This document shows, piece by piece, positions 1 to 10,622 of a DNA stretch of 64,000 bases (positions are counted from its first letter, which is position 1; every line of letters starts with the position of its first letter). The stretch covers positions 1,696,001 through 1,760,000 of the forward strand of contig OZ241744.1 of assembly GCA_965200965.1 (NCBI GenBank), in the 5' to 3' direction. A program made the translations under genes and the position numbers. The stretch comes from an uncultured Candidatus Binatia bacterium (GTDB taxonomy: Bacteria; Desulfobacterota; Binatia; Bin18). Below the pieces are notes generated by a model that saw only the letters and a program-made list of their open reading frames with translations, was not told where the DNA came from and ran no database searches.

Positions 1-28
1 GGCGCGCAAGAATGAGTAGCCATTCTAT

Positions 29-2694
29 GTTTCAATCCTCACCCGCCCTTACGGGCGGATGCTATGGCGCAAAGCCACCAAACGCTTGCGTCGTATGCCA
101 TGTTTCAATCCTCACCCGCCCTTACGGGCGGATGCTATGGCCGCCGTGGCCGCCCACGCACCAAGACCGATTGGGTTTCAATCCTCACCCGCCCTTACGG
201 GCGGATGCTATGAAGATATGCTGGGAGGTGCTAGCCGAGGAATGCCGGGTTTCAATCCTCACCCGCCCTTACGGGCGGATGCTATGTCCCTTATCCTGGC
301 ATGTATCGGGTCAATCTCAAAGTTTCAATCCTCACCCGCCCTTACGGGCGGATGCTATGTTCACCGCTGGGTCGAGCATCGAGGTCTTCGTGCGGTTTCA
401 ATCCTCACCCGCCCTTACGGGCGGATGCTATGGCCATGCGGCTATCCGTCATATCGTCAACGAGATGTTTCAATCCTCACCCGCCCTTACGGGCGGATGC
501 TATGGTCATATGTTAGGCTCTCTCCAAATGGTGGGGTGGGTTTCAATCCTCACCCGCCCTTACGGGCGGATGCTATGCCTGAGCTCAAGGACCGAATCCA
601 GGCGCTGGGGACGTTTCAATCCTCACCCGCCCTTACGGGCGGATGCTATGTCGTCCTTGGGTTCGGCGGATACCTACTCGTGGCCGGTTTCAATCCTCAC
701 CCGCCCTTACGGGCGGATGCTATGTGCTTGTGAGCGACGCCATGCGGAACAAATACCAGTGTTTCAATCCTCACCCGCCCTTACGGGCGGATGCTATGTA
801 CGGACTCATGCGTTTGTTGCCATAGCCTTGGAGTTTCAATCCTCACCCGCCCTTACGGGCGGATGCTATGGCCCTCTTGCTTGGCCGGGGCCGCATCACC
901 ATCCAGTTTCAATCCTCACCCGCCCTTACGGGCGGATGCTATGGAGTCCATCGGATCATAGACGTTGCCAGGAGTCAGGGTTTCAATCCTCACCCGCCCT
1001 TACGGGCGGATGCTATGGGTCTATACAAGCGGCGGCGGAACCGGAAGCAGTGTTTCAATCCTCACCCGCCCTTACGGGCGGATGCTATGGAGCGCAAGGC
1101 GTCAATCACATATCACCTGCCATGTTTCAATCCTCACCCGCCCTTACGGGCGGATGCTATGGCGCCGGCGGTGCGGCGGAGTTTGATGTTTCATGTGGTT
1201 TCAATCCTCACCCGCCCTTACGGGCGGATGCTATGTCGACCGACCATTCTAGCAGTGGGCGGTATAACCAGTTTCAATCCTCACCCGCCCTTACGGGCGG
1301 ATGCTATGCCCTAAATGCTCTTCGGTCAGCCGCTTTTCCCACGGTTTCAATCCTCACCCGCCCTTACGGGCGGATGCTATGTTGGGTCAAACTATCTGGT
1401 CGTGATCGAGCAGATACCGTTTCAATCCTCACCCGCCCTTACGGGCGGATGCTATGATGGGACTCCTCGTATCGCATTGACCGGACGAGATGTTTCAATC
1501 CTCACCCGCCCTTACGGGCGGATGCTATGGGTTGGCGAGGCACGGGCATACTGCCTGACGATGGAGTTTCAATCCTCACCCGCCCTTACGGGCGGATGCT
1601 ATGACCAAGGTCAAAGCCACCAAGGTCAAAGCCACAGAGTTTCAATCCTCACCCGCCCTTACGGGCGGATGCTATGGCGAACATGTTTTCCCGTGGGAAA
1701 AGCGGCTGACCGTTTCAATCCTCACCCGCCCTTACGGGCGGATGCTATGGCCGGGGGGCCACAAGAAAGGAGCCGTTATGGCTGTTTCAATCCTCACCCG
1801 CCCTTACGGGCGGATGCTATGGCCCTTTTCACTGTTGCAGGCGGGACACAAGAGTTGTTTCAATCCTCACCCGCCCTTACGGGCGGATGCTATGGCTCAA
1901 GTCCGCCGCTGACACCATCACCGGAAAGTAGTTTCAATCCTCACCCGCCCTTACGGGCGGATGCTATGGCGCGATCATCTTCGGATTTCATCATCCGGGC
2001 GGTGTTTCAATCCTCACCCGCCCTTACGGGCGGATGCTATGTGCTTACCAAACCCACGCACCCAGGAGCGTAGTTAGTTTCAATCCTCACCCGCCCTTAC
2101 GGGCGGATGCTATGGCTATTATGCATGTAGGAGGTGAGGTGAGGTGACGTTTCAATCCTCACCCGCCCTTACGGGCGGATGCTATGCTCAAGACGCCCCG
2201 CGCTGTGGCGGACCTGGTGAGCGTTTCAATCCTCACCCGCCCTTACGGGCGGATGCTATGACTATGAGCTCGCCCTGCGGGGTATCAACGAGATGTTTCA
2301 ATCCTCACCCGCCCTTACGGGCGGATGCTATGCCGGCTATGTCCGTGGGCTACTGGAAGCGCATAAGGTTTCAATCCTCACCCGCCCTTACGGGCGGATG
2401 CTATGGCGGGCATGGTCGAACGGCGCTTTGTCCGTGACGTTTCAATCCTCACCCGCCCTTACGGGCGGATGCTATGAATGATGCTCTAGTCGGGCGCATA
2501 GTGTGGCACTGGTTTCAATCCTCACCCGCCCTTACGGGCGGATGCTATGCTGGTTCTTGGTGTCCTTCCCACATTTACGATTGGGTTTCAATCCTCACCC
2601 GCCCTTACGGGCGGATGCTATGCGCGGAGAGGCTGGACGCCAACGCGCTGGCCGAGGTTTCAATCCTCACCCGCCCTTACGGGCGGATGCTATG
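29..2694 (-). CRISPR. CRISPR array: 37 identical repeats, 36 complete spacers of 33-37 bp, partial spacer at 1-28; continues beyond the left edge
   Basis: GTTTCAATCCTCACCCGCCCTTACGGGCGGATGCTATG recurs every ~73 bp from 29 to 2657. The minus strand ends in the canonical ATTGAAAC and has a CCGCCC/GGGCGG hairpin. Adjacent to cas2. Confidence 0.99.
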
Positions 2695-2887
2695 TCTTTC
2701 TCACCCAAGCCCTTGACCTGCCTGGGGTTTTTTCCCCGTTTCCGCGATCCCCTCTCTGGCAGGTCTGGAATCTGCACGCGGGAGATCAAGGATAACGAGA
2801 AAATCGTTATTATTCGGGTGCTTACGGTCAACGCGATCCTCCCCGCTGTTGCGCCGTCGCTCCAGGTTCGCACATGTGGATAGCCGC
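2695..2887 (-). promoter_or_regulatory. CRISPR leader
   Basis: Non-coding stretch with AT-rich patches between the cas2 stop and the first repeat; orientation agrees with the ATTGAAAC 3' end. Confidence 0.8.
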
Positions 2888-3178
2888 TCAGGCCAGGAGC
2901 GGGTCATCAAAGTTGACCGAGGGGTTCACCCCAAAGTGCCGACAATGTTGGTCTTTGGGTTCTCGCAGACGATAAATACGCAAATTGTCCTCCTTGTCGT
3001 CAATGCACCTGACAAGGTCCCGAACCAGTCGCTCGTACTGCACCTGATCGACCGCGCATTCAAAGACAGAATACTGAACCCGCTGGCCGAAGTTCTTGCA
3101 CACCTGAGCGACCTTGCGCAGGCGTCGCTTGCCGGCGTCCGTTTCCGTTGCCACATCATAGGCGACTAACACCTGCAT
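2888..3178 (-). CDS. cas2: CRISPR-associated endonuclease Cas2
   Basis: VLVAYDV...RRLRKVA..CKNFGQRVQYSVFEC motif; 96 aa; next to the leader. Confidence 0.97.
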   Translation of the reverse strand: MQVLVAYDVATETDAGKRRLRKVAQVCKNFGQRVQYSVFECAVDQVQYERLVRDLVRCIDDKEDNLRIYRLREPKDQHCRHFGVNPSVNFDDPLLA

Positions 3179-3229
3179 ATCCCGCTGATCCTTACCCAGC
3201 CCCAGGGCCGGATATTGCCCAGCCTGCCC

Positions 3230-4261
3230 TTAGCGATAGACAAAGGGCAGGTAGTCTTCCATGTCTCCACGCAGCACCCGCGCCAGGAGACGCGCCTGAA
3301 TGTGGGGAATCAGTCCAAGCGGCACTTTCTGTTCAAGAACAACATGCTGGACCTCTTCCTGTTTGCGCTTCTGGTAGGCAACAATGACCTCCTTGCGTCC
3401 GTCGTCGGTCAGGGACACAGCCCCGCCCGGACGGCTGACAAAATGCGCGGCAGTCAACTGCCTACGGTTAATCAGGGTCAGGGCCAGACGCTCGGCAATC
3501 ACCGACCGCAGTTCTTCCATCAGGTCCAAACCGAGAGCCGGCCGCCCCGGGCGCAAGGTGTGCAGAAAGCCCATCTGCGGATCAAGCCCGACTCCCTCAG
3601 CCGCGGCCACGCAGTCGCCCAAGAGCAGGGCATACAGAAAGGACAAGAGCGCGTTGGTCGGGTCTTTGGGTGGCCGACGGCTCCGACCGTCAATGCCAAA
3701 GGTGGCCCGGTCTTCCCGAATGAGACACGAGAAGGACTGGAAATGCCGACGGGCAGCATCGCCTTCAAAGCCCCGGAGTTGATCCAGCCCGTCGGCAGTC
3801 GCCAGCCTGCCCAGCGACGCCGCCAGGGAGCGGGCGGTTGCTTTGAGCGCGGCTTCGTCTTCGGGCGTTTTTGCCTCACGCGCCGCCCGCATGGTGATGT
3901 GGCGGGTATTCTGGATTTTGCCGGCAACGATATGCCGGGCGAGGGTCAGGGTGCGGCTCGGGTCACTCACCGCTTCGTGCTGGGCCTTGCGGAGCAGCAC
4001 ATTGCCCGAGACCGGCCCTTCCAACCGGGCCTTGAACCGCCCGTTGCGGTCCAGGAAGCTCACCGACCGCCCGTCATCGGCGCAGCGGTGCAACACGGCC
4101 GGGCTGATGAGCACATTGCCAAAGCAGACCAAGCCGCCGATGTGATGCAGCGGGACTTGCAGCTTGGTTGTGCCCTCAAGCTCGACGCGGAGCGTTTCGT
4201 GATCCAGCCGCACATACGCCTGGGGGGTCGTGACATATAAGGTATTGAGCAATTGGCGCAT
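3230..4261 (-). CDS. cas1: Type I-C Cas1
   Basis: MRQLLNTLYVT start (ATG at 4261); LRGFEG, RRPPKDPTNALLSFLY, GFLH, LDLMEELR motifs. Confidence 0.97.
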   Translation of the reverse strand: MRQLLNTLYVTTPQAYVRLDHETLRVELEGTTKLQVPLHHIGGLVCFGNVLISPAVLHRCADDGRSVSFLDRNGRFKARLEGPVSGNVLLRKAQHEAVSDPSRTLTLARHIVAGKIQNTRHITMRAAREAKTPEDEAALKATARSLAASLGRLATADGLDQLRGFEGDAARRHFQSFSCLIREDRATFGIDGRSRRPPKDPTNALLSFLYALLLGDCVAAAEGVGLDPQMGFLHTLRPGRPALGLDLMEELRSVIAERLALTLINRRQLTAAHFVSRPGGAVSLTDDGRKEVIVAYQKRKQEEVQHVVLEQKVPLGLIPHIQARLLARVLRGDMEDYLPFVYR

Positions 4262-4266
4262 GGATC

Positions 4267-4902
4267 TCAATCGGCGGCGACAAACAGGGCGCGGGCAAAG
4301 CCTTGCAGCCGGGCTTTTTCGCCCACCACCGCCGGCAGACACGAATCCTGTAAGGAACAGCGGTCGCAGCGGGCGTCATTGACCGCGGCGGGCAGCCGGC
4401 GGCGGGCCAGCATGTGCCGAATCTCGGCCACGCTGCGTTCCACCTGCTCCCGCAATTGGGCTGAGAACTCAAGCTCACGCCGACGCCGTGAACTGTGATG
4501 GAAGATCGCCCCTCTGGGGACCGCCTGCCCGGTCATTTCTTCGAGACATACGGCCTGGGCACAGAGTTGCAGATCGTCGTGCGTTTTCTGGCGGCGCGGG
4601 CCGTGCTTATACTCGACCGGGTAAGGAACCTCGCCGTGAAACTCGACCACATCCGCCCTGCCGACCAGCCCCAGCCGGTGGGACCACAGCGGCAAGGCCC
4701 GCTCAACTCGCACCCCGCTGAGGGTCTCGCCTACCGGCTCATCAACCTGCTCGTGGACCGCCCGCCCCCGAAGGGTGTACAGATTCTCATCAAAGGTCTG
4801 CTCCTGGTGAATCAGGGCGCACTGCCGCGGGCAGTAGCTATAGTGCTCCAGGGCCGAGATCATGATGGGGTCGTCGTCTGACCAAGTGGTTGAATTGGAC
4901 AC
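4267..4902 (-). CDS. cas4: Cas4 exonuclease
   Basis: YCPRQ, GRADVVE...PVEYKHG, QLCAQ, C-terminal CxxCSxxxxC iron-sulfur cysteines. Confidence 0.96.
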   Translation of the reverse strand: MSNSTTWSDDDPIMISALEHYSYCPRQCALIHQEQTFDENLYTLRGRAVHEQVDEPVGETLSGVRVERALPLWSHRLGLVGRADVVEFHGEVPYPVEYKHGPRRQKTHDDLQLCAQAVCLEEMTGQAVPRGAIFHHSSRRRRELEFSAQLREQVERSVAEIRHMLARRRLPAAVNDARCDRCSLQDSCLPAVVGEKARLQGFARALFVAAD

Positions 4903-4906
4903 ATCC

Positions 4907-5791
4907 TTATCCTATCAGGCGTTTCAACGCCACGCCCTCAGGAATGTCGACTTCTTCCACCGCCACGCTGTAATCGTCAAAATCACGCGGCACGGTGACG
5001 CCTTCTTTCAGCCCCGGCCGAATACGCGCAAAAAGGTCATGGGCATGCGCATTGCCGATTTGCGAGTCATGTTTGAATACATACAAGCCTCGGGTCGCCA
5101 TCTCGCCGCGGGCAGCCGAGCGGTCGTGCTCAAACATGTTGCTGAGCGCTTCCCACAGGAGCGCGAGGTCGTTATCGGAAAAGCCGGTTTGCGCTGCCAG
5201 ATGTGCCGACACAAAACCACGCGCCACATAAAGGCCGTAGGGCACAGTGTGTTTGCGGCCCATAGTCCGATTGTCTCCCTCTTGCTTTTCGGCTTCCGCT
5301 TCTGTCGCTACCGCCATGCGGGTGATCGAGTGTTCCTGAGCAGTAATAGAATCAACCGAGCGCGCAAATGTCAGTTGAACCGGGCCTCGCACCTGGCCGC
5401 AGTTCACACCCGTAGACATCACTGCGCCAAAAGTTCGCACATCGTAGAAGTTCTTGCACATCCAGGCCCGCGCCTCATCAACTTTTTCTCCGCCTTTGCG
5501 CTTTTTGCCGTCGGCCTTGAGTGCGTCGCCGGCACCGATGGCTTCATACGCGCGTTCGTGCTGTTTGTTGAGGATCGCTTTTTCCTTTACATAAATCTCG
5601 CAGGGCGGCTGCTCCGCTTTCACCAGACCGACGTAATTGCGGACTTTTCGTTTCAGACTTACGTCGGTCACAAGGCCCCGCCCGGTCTCAGCATCGACAC
5701 GGGGCAGATTACCCGCATCGGGATCACCGTTAGGGTTGCCGTCTTTCACGTCGAACACCAGGACAAAGTCGTACCGATTCTCGATTGCCAT
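4907..5791 (-). CDS. cas7c: Type I-C Cas7 (Csd2)
   Basis: [36 protein letters not shown] motifs. Confidence 0.97.
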   Translation of the reverse strand: MAIENRYDFVLVFDVKDGNPNGDPDAGNLPRVDAETGRGLVTDVSLKRKVRNYVGLVKAEQPPCEIYVKEKAILNKQHERAYEAIGAGDALKADGKKRKGGEKVDEARAWMCKNFYDVRTFGAVMSTGVNCGQVRGPVQLTFARSVDSITAQEHSITRMAVATEAEAEKQEGDNRTMGRKHTVPYGLYVARGFVSAHLAAQTGFSDNDLALLWEALSNMFEHDRSAARGEMATRGLYVFKHDSQIGNAHAHDLFARIRPGLKEGVTVPRDFDDYSVAVEEVDIPEGVALKRLIG

Positions 5792-5813
5792 GCTTACGCT
5801 CCTTTCAATGAGG

Positions 5814-7523
5814 TCAGCTTGATTTTTTGAAAAAATCCTGCCGCTGGTGGTAATAGCCGATAGCGAAGCGTCCCTGGTCTTCCAAAGCCAGTTGCCCTGG
5901 GAAATCGTCTATGCCGTCCATGATTTCACCGAGGCGTTTCTCCAGATTCACCACCCGGCCAGGATTCTCCAGTTTAGAGAGATGATGGTTTTTCAGCTTC
6001 AGCAGGGTCGAAAACACGATCACCGGCGTACTTGACGCCGCTCCGTAGTAGCGGTCGCGTATAGTGGCATTGAGGCCAGGGTTCGCCTCCTCTTGGATTT
6101 TCTCCAGCACCGCAAACAACCGGCCTAGCCGGTAGCCAGTGTTCATATTGGCTTCATCCAGAGACATACCGATCTCCTCCTTCATGCTCAGGTTTGAATG
6201 ACGTGTCGTTCGGTTGATGCAGGCTTTTATCAGCGCAGCGCGTGGATATGTCACTTGGTGCTCGGCGCGAATCCGGCGCACGGCAGCCGAGAGCAGCGTC
6301 TGCGGATAGGGCAGACCCGCGAGAATACTGCGCATCAACTCGCCCCCGAGGTTCGGCGGAATATTGTCCGCCTTGCCTTGGATTGCCACGGCCTTCAGCA
6401 GACGAAACACTGAAAGATAGGGCGGGTCACGCGGCGAACGTTCAATAGTCAGATCGTCAAGGTGCTGCTTAATCCGCCCGGCCATTTCGGCCACCGTAGC
6501 GTTGTGCCAGAAACGGATGGCGACCCGAGCTGCATTGGGAGAGATCCCTAATGCAAAAAATTTTGCTTTCCCCTCATTGTTCTCTAACAGGCCATGCGCA
6601 ATAGCGGCGTAGAGACTTTTCACCGCCTGCACATTACGGTCGGGGTCGTCTTTGGGCGGTTCGCCAAAAATGTCCACGGGCAGGGTCTCAAACTCCACCG
6701 GGCGGTCAGCCCAAAACACGACAGTGGCATCGCCGACTTGGAGACGTTGCGGTGAATCTTTGCGGAGGAGATAATTGAGCGCTGTGGTGTAGCTGAATGC
6801 TGTGCGCTTGCCGACAGGCGCGTTTGCGCCCTGCTTTTTCCCATATGAGCAGAACGCGGGCTTATCAAACGAGACGATGTTGGCTCCTGATGTTTGCGCA
6901 CCCCACACCCCCTTGATCGCCGCGTGCAGCTGCTCAACTTCGTCCGTCTCGCCCGTCACCAAGCACAATTCGCCTGCGCCTTGCGCGGTTTGATCTGCCG
7001 TGATGAACTCCGCGACTGCGGCACGCTGGCACACGAGGTCTATGTCGCCATGTAGGCGGAACGTCACATTCGGATTATTGTCGATAATCTCACTCCATGC
7101 ACTGTATTGTGACAAGGCTCCGATGTCCATACCCTGGAGGAAGGATGACACCGCTTGCACTCCCTCATCGCTCTGCGCTGTGGGAGAGAGCAATTCGATT
7201 TTGTCCCTAAAGGATTGGTGTTGCCTGGCAACGCGCTCAGGTTTCCCCTTCGTATCAACCCCCAGCGCGTATTCAACAGTATCCCACAGGAGATTTGCTT
7301 CGATGTTGACCGTTCTCTTCACCCCCTGCGGTACCAGAAATGCCTTCGCCCGTTTTTTCCTGCCCTCCCCCTCGCATGTATCTTCAATCTGTATCAGCTT
7401 TCCCTGGGCGTCAATTTCGAGGATGAACGGAATCTCTTTCCACTCGAAGCCCAGAGGAGCAACGACGGTGTCTGGCTCAGCCCTTTTGCGTTTGTAATAG
7501 TCACGGAGTGCTTGGAGAATCAT
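5814..7523 (-). CDS. cas8c: Type I-C Cas8c (Csd1)
   Basis: MILQAL start, [41 protein letters not shown]. Confidence 0.96.
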   Translation of the reverse strand: MILQALRDYYKRKRAEPDTVVAPLGFEWKEIPFILEIDAQGKLIQIEDTCEGEGRKKRAKAFLVPQGVKRTVNIEANLLWDTVEYALGVDTKGKPERVARQHQSFRDKIELLSPTAQSDEGVQAVSSFLQGMDIGALSQYSAWSEIIDNNPNVTFRLHGDIDLVCQRAAVAEFITADQTAQGAGELCLVTGETDEVEQLHAAIKGVWGAQTSGANIVSFDKPAFCSYGKKQGANAPVGKRTAFSYTTALNYLLRKDSPQRLQVGDATVVFWADRPVEFETLPVDIFGEPPKDDPDRNVQAVKSLYAAIAHGLLENNEGKAKFFALGISPNAARVAIRFWHNATVAEMAGRIKQHLDDLTIERSPRDPPYLSVFRLLKAVAIQGKADNIPPNLGGELMRSILAGLPYPQTLLSAAVRRIRAEHQVTYPRAALIKACINRTTRHSNLSMKEEIGMSLDEANMNTGYRLGRLFAVLEKIQEEANPGLNATIRDRYYGAASSTPVIVFSTLLKLKNHHLSKLENPGRVVNLEKRLGEIMDGIDDFPGQLALEDQGRFAIGYYHQRQDFFKKSS

Positions 7524-8251
7524 CCTCGTACCTCCTCACTGTTCCAGGTTGGAATGTCTACTACACCGTTCACCAGCCTCGCGCGGAAAAAACGCGGCTT
7601 GGGATCAGCGGGATTCCGATAATCCATATCGTACAGCATGTAGCCGAGTTCCCGCGTCTCGGCGATCGGACGCACTTCTGAATCTTTCGGCTCTACCAGG
7701 CGAAAGTCCGCCGCAAACTCACGACAGCCTAGATATGGCTGGTTCACGCACTGACCCTTGGCCGCGCGTCGCTCGAACATCGTCATGAATTTCACCGCCT
7801 GGTTTGGGGCGTCGTCTCTATCAGTCCCACCCGTATTAGCCGTTTGTTTGCTCAGGTGCGGGAAGTTCGGCCTGTATGAAGCGGGATCGCGCAACTCAAA
7901 CGACGCATGAATGCGGTATTGTACATCACGCAGAAACAGCCCTGCACGCTGTTGGCGATCGTCTTCAATGAAGATACCTAACCGACCAACCCCGGTTCGC
8001 ATTGCACTTTCGGCGTTGCGCGTTGAAGCGACGCAGCGGACCTCGTTACGGCGCAGATTGATCCATTTGATAGGGCTGAGCACTTCAATCCTGCTTACCT
8101 GCCAGCGTATCGCAGGTTTCCACAGGACAGACTCAAATATGGCTCGCGCCGCCGACGGTGTCATCACATCGTAACTGACGCGCTCGACCTTCATCTCTGG
8201 CCGCGTGAAACATGCGAAGTCGCCGCTGACTTCAAGGCAGTACGTTTTCAT
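7520..8251 (-). CDS. cas5c: Type I-C Cas5 (Cas5d, crRNA processing)
   Basis: GDFACFTRPEMKVERVSYDVMTPSAAR and PYLGCREF motifs. Confidence 0.97.
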   Translation of the reverse strand: MKTYCLEVSGDFACFTRPEMKVERVSYDVMTPSAARAIFESVLWKPAIRWQVSRIEVLSPIKWINLRRNEVRCVASTRNAESAMRTGVGRLGIFIEDDRQQRAGLFLRDVQYRIHASFELRDPASYRPNFPHLSKQTANTGGTDRDDAPNQAVKFMTMFERRAAKGQCVNQPYLGCREFAADFRLVEPKDSEVRPIAETRELGYMLYDMDYRNPADPKPRFFRARLVNGVVDIPTWNSEEVRG

Positions 8252-8260
8252 TGCTCTTCC

Positions 8261-10522
8261 TTAGCTGATCAAATCACTCGGATTCAGATTCGTCTCGTCC
8301 ACGAGGACCCCTAATTCCGGGTGATACAGCACCTCCGCAGTCTGCGCGAACATGTCGGAATACACTTCACGCACGTCACCCCTGCGCGACATCTGTTGGA
8401 ATTGGTAGTCCGGTAGCGACACGGTGTAGCGCTGGAGCCTCCGCATAAGCCGCCGCGACGGCCCGTCTTGGCGCAGCTGACTGATCAAGGCGGGGCTCTT
8501 GTCATAACGCACGATAATGCTGCGATAGCCCGATTCGTCAATCAACCGAAAACGCTGGGCCGCGGTACGGAACTGCACTTTCAACGGATCGTCGCCTTCG
8601 CCCTGGGGCATAAGCAATCCGGTTCTGCCGTTGCCGTGTATGTTGTGCTTGTCGAGAGACGGCGCTTTACAGTAGAAGTGCTGGAAATACTTCTTGAACA
8701 TATCGCGCTTGAACAGGTCGGCTATCGTCAACGGCTGGGAGCTCGCCCCTGCCAGCAACGAAACGGTAGTGTCTTCTGCACGGCGCAGATGTCCGAGAGG
8801 GGCACGGTTGGGTGGCACAAAGACGACGACCTGACCCCGATCCATCTTCCCCTCACGGTTACATCGCCCTGCCGCTTGCGCAATCGAATCCAGACCCGCA
8901 AGCGCACGGTACACAATGGGAAAATCCAGGTCGACGCCCGCCTCTACCAATTGGGTACTGACAACTCGTACATCTTCCCCGGTAAGCAGCCGCCGTTTGA
9001 TAGCAGCAATGACGCGCGACCGATGCTCACCACACATCAGGGCGGATAAATGAATCGTCCCTTCAGGCATGCGCCGGTGGAGTTCACGGGCGTCTGCACG
9101 CGAATTGACAACGGCAAGGACAGTAGCATGGTGCTGAATCTGGAGGGCGAGATCGTCCCATTCCTGCCGCTGATGGAAGTCCTCCGGCAGTGACACAGTG
9201 ACGCGCTCCAAATCGCGGTACAGGGTATCCGGGTCGGTGATGATTTCTCGCGTCCCCTCAAGGCCGCGAATCCTGTGTTGAAAACTGTGCAGCCGTCCCA
9301 ACTCTGGTTGGGTCGCGGTTGAGATGACGAAACTGACCCCATAGTAGCGAACAAGCAGATTCATCACGTCAAGAATCGGTTGCAGGAATTCAGGGGGGAG
9401 CAACTGGGCTTCGTCAAGGACCACCACACTGTTCACGATCTTATGCAGCTTGCGGCAACGGCTCGTTCTGGAGGCGAATAGTGACTCGAAGAACTGAACG
9501 TTGGTCGTGACAATGAGCGGAGCATCCCAATTCTCTGCCGCCAAGCGACTTTTCCCTGTCTCTTTTTCGGGATCGAGATTGCTGTGATGCTCAATCACTG
9601 CATCAGAAAAGATTGAGCGGAACACATTGGCGGTCTGCTCAATAATGCTGGTGTAGGGAATGGCATAAATCACCCGCCGCTTGCCGTGGCATTTTGCATG
9701 TTCCAGGGCAAAGGCGAGGCTCGATAGGGTCTTGCCCCCTCCGGTGGGGACGGTCAAGGAAAACAATCCCGGCGCTTCATGCGCCTTGTCCCGACACTGC
9801 CGCAGCACGGTGGCGCGGGTACGGTTCACGCGCGTCTCTTCCACACCTGAAAACCTTTTTTCAATCCAGGCATTAAACCGAGCGAGCATATCTGGAATCG
9901 TAGGCGCGCCGCCCCGCTGTGCGGCCTTGTCCGCATCCATAAACGCTTCGGTATCCAAAAAATCCGCGTCTACCAGGCAGGAAAACAAGAGACGTACCCA
10001 CAGCGCAAAGCCTTCTGATCCTCCCACCAATGGGCTGTTGGGCTTAGATTGTTTAAGAATTGAAGGGGGGATCGGCTGGCACAGTGCTCGTTCCACATGG
10101 CTCGGATCATCGAGGCGCGCTTTGAGTGCCGCTCCACGGGTCTCGCTCGTATGCCAATCTGGCAGGCCGGTGTGATGACCGGCGATGATGTAGGCGAGAA
10201 TCCGGCCGTGCAATCTGAATTGTTTTATGGCGTGCTGTGCGCCGGCAGTGGAATGATCAACCCGTCCGGCCTGTCCTTCAAGATGAGCCTCGGTATCGTA
10301 TCCAGATTGGGACCTGATACGCCTTTGAAATTCCTTGCTATATTTTCCCAGATCATGCCATGTCCCCGCTGGCCGCGCCCAATCTCCACTCCCAAAGGCG
10401 CACGCGAACTCGTCGGCGCGTTGGCCGACACCGCGGAGGTGGTCTTCCAAGTCATGCAAATCGAAGTCATTGTCAACCTGACGGATGTGCGCAATGAAGG
10501 CGGGTGGCTCTTTGGTCCTCAT
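8261..10522 (-). CDS. cas3: Cas3 HD nuclease-helicase
   Basis: HDLGK (HD), PTGGGKT, DEAQ, TAT, STQLVEAGVD, QAAGRCNR. Confidence 0.97.
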   Translation of the reverse strand: MRTKEPPAFIAHIRQVDNDFDLHDLEDHLRGVGQRADEFACAFGSGDWARPAGTWHDLGKYSKEFQRRIRSQSGYDTEAHLEGQAGRVDHSTAGAQHAIKQFRLHGRILAYIIAGHHTGLPDWHTSETRGAALKARLDDPSHVERALCQPIPPSILKQSKPNSPLVGGSEGFALWVRLLFSCLVDADFLDTEAFMDADKAAQRGGAPTIPDMLARFNAWIEKRFSGVEETRVNRTRATVLRQCRDKAHEAPGLFSLTVPTGGGKTLSSLAFALEHAKCHGKRRVIYAIPYTSIIEQTANVFRSIFSDAVIEHHSNLDPEKETGKSRLAAENWDAPLIVTTNVQFFESLFASRTSRCRKLHKIVNSVVVLDEAQLLPPEFLQPILDVMNLLVRYYGVSFVISTATQPELGRLHSFQHRIRGLEGTREIITDPDTLYRDLERVTVSLPEDFHQRQEWDDLALQIQHHATVLAVVNSRADARELHRRMPEGTIHLSALMCGEHRSRVIAAIKRRLLTGEDVRVVSTQLVEAGVDLDFPIVYRALAGLDSIAQAAGRCNREGKMDRGQVVVFVPPNRAPLGHLRRAEDTTVSLLAGASSQPLTIADLFKRDMFKKYFQHFYCKAPSLDKHNIHGNGRTGLLMPQGEGDDPLKVQFRTAAQRFRLIDESGYRSIIVRYDKSPALISQLRQDGPSRRLMRRLQRYTVSLPDYQFQQMSRRGDVREVYSDMFAQTAEVLYHPELGVLVDETNLNPSDLIS

Positions 10523-10622
10523 TCAATTCTCCCAATGTCCTTGCCTTTTTGCTCCCACAGATTAGACCATAACTGAGGATTGGGGCATAGCGCCTTGCTA
10601 TAAGCGTTCTCTTTTGGAGGGG

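Noticed and set aside
12-2883. Long plus-strand ORFs (481 aa and others) running through the CRISPR array
   Set aside because: The repeat has no stop codon in any plus-strand frame and ends in ATG, so long ORFs arise easily; the translations are just repeat peptides in changing frames.
10574-10592. TGAGGATTG and CATAGC fragments upstream of cas3, resembling repeat ends (possible regulatory mini-array)
   Set aside because: The matches are only 6-9 bp with no hairpin core and no spacer-length gap between them.
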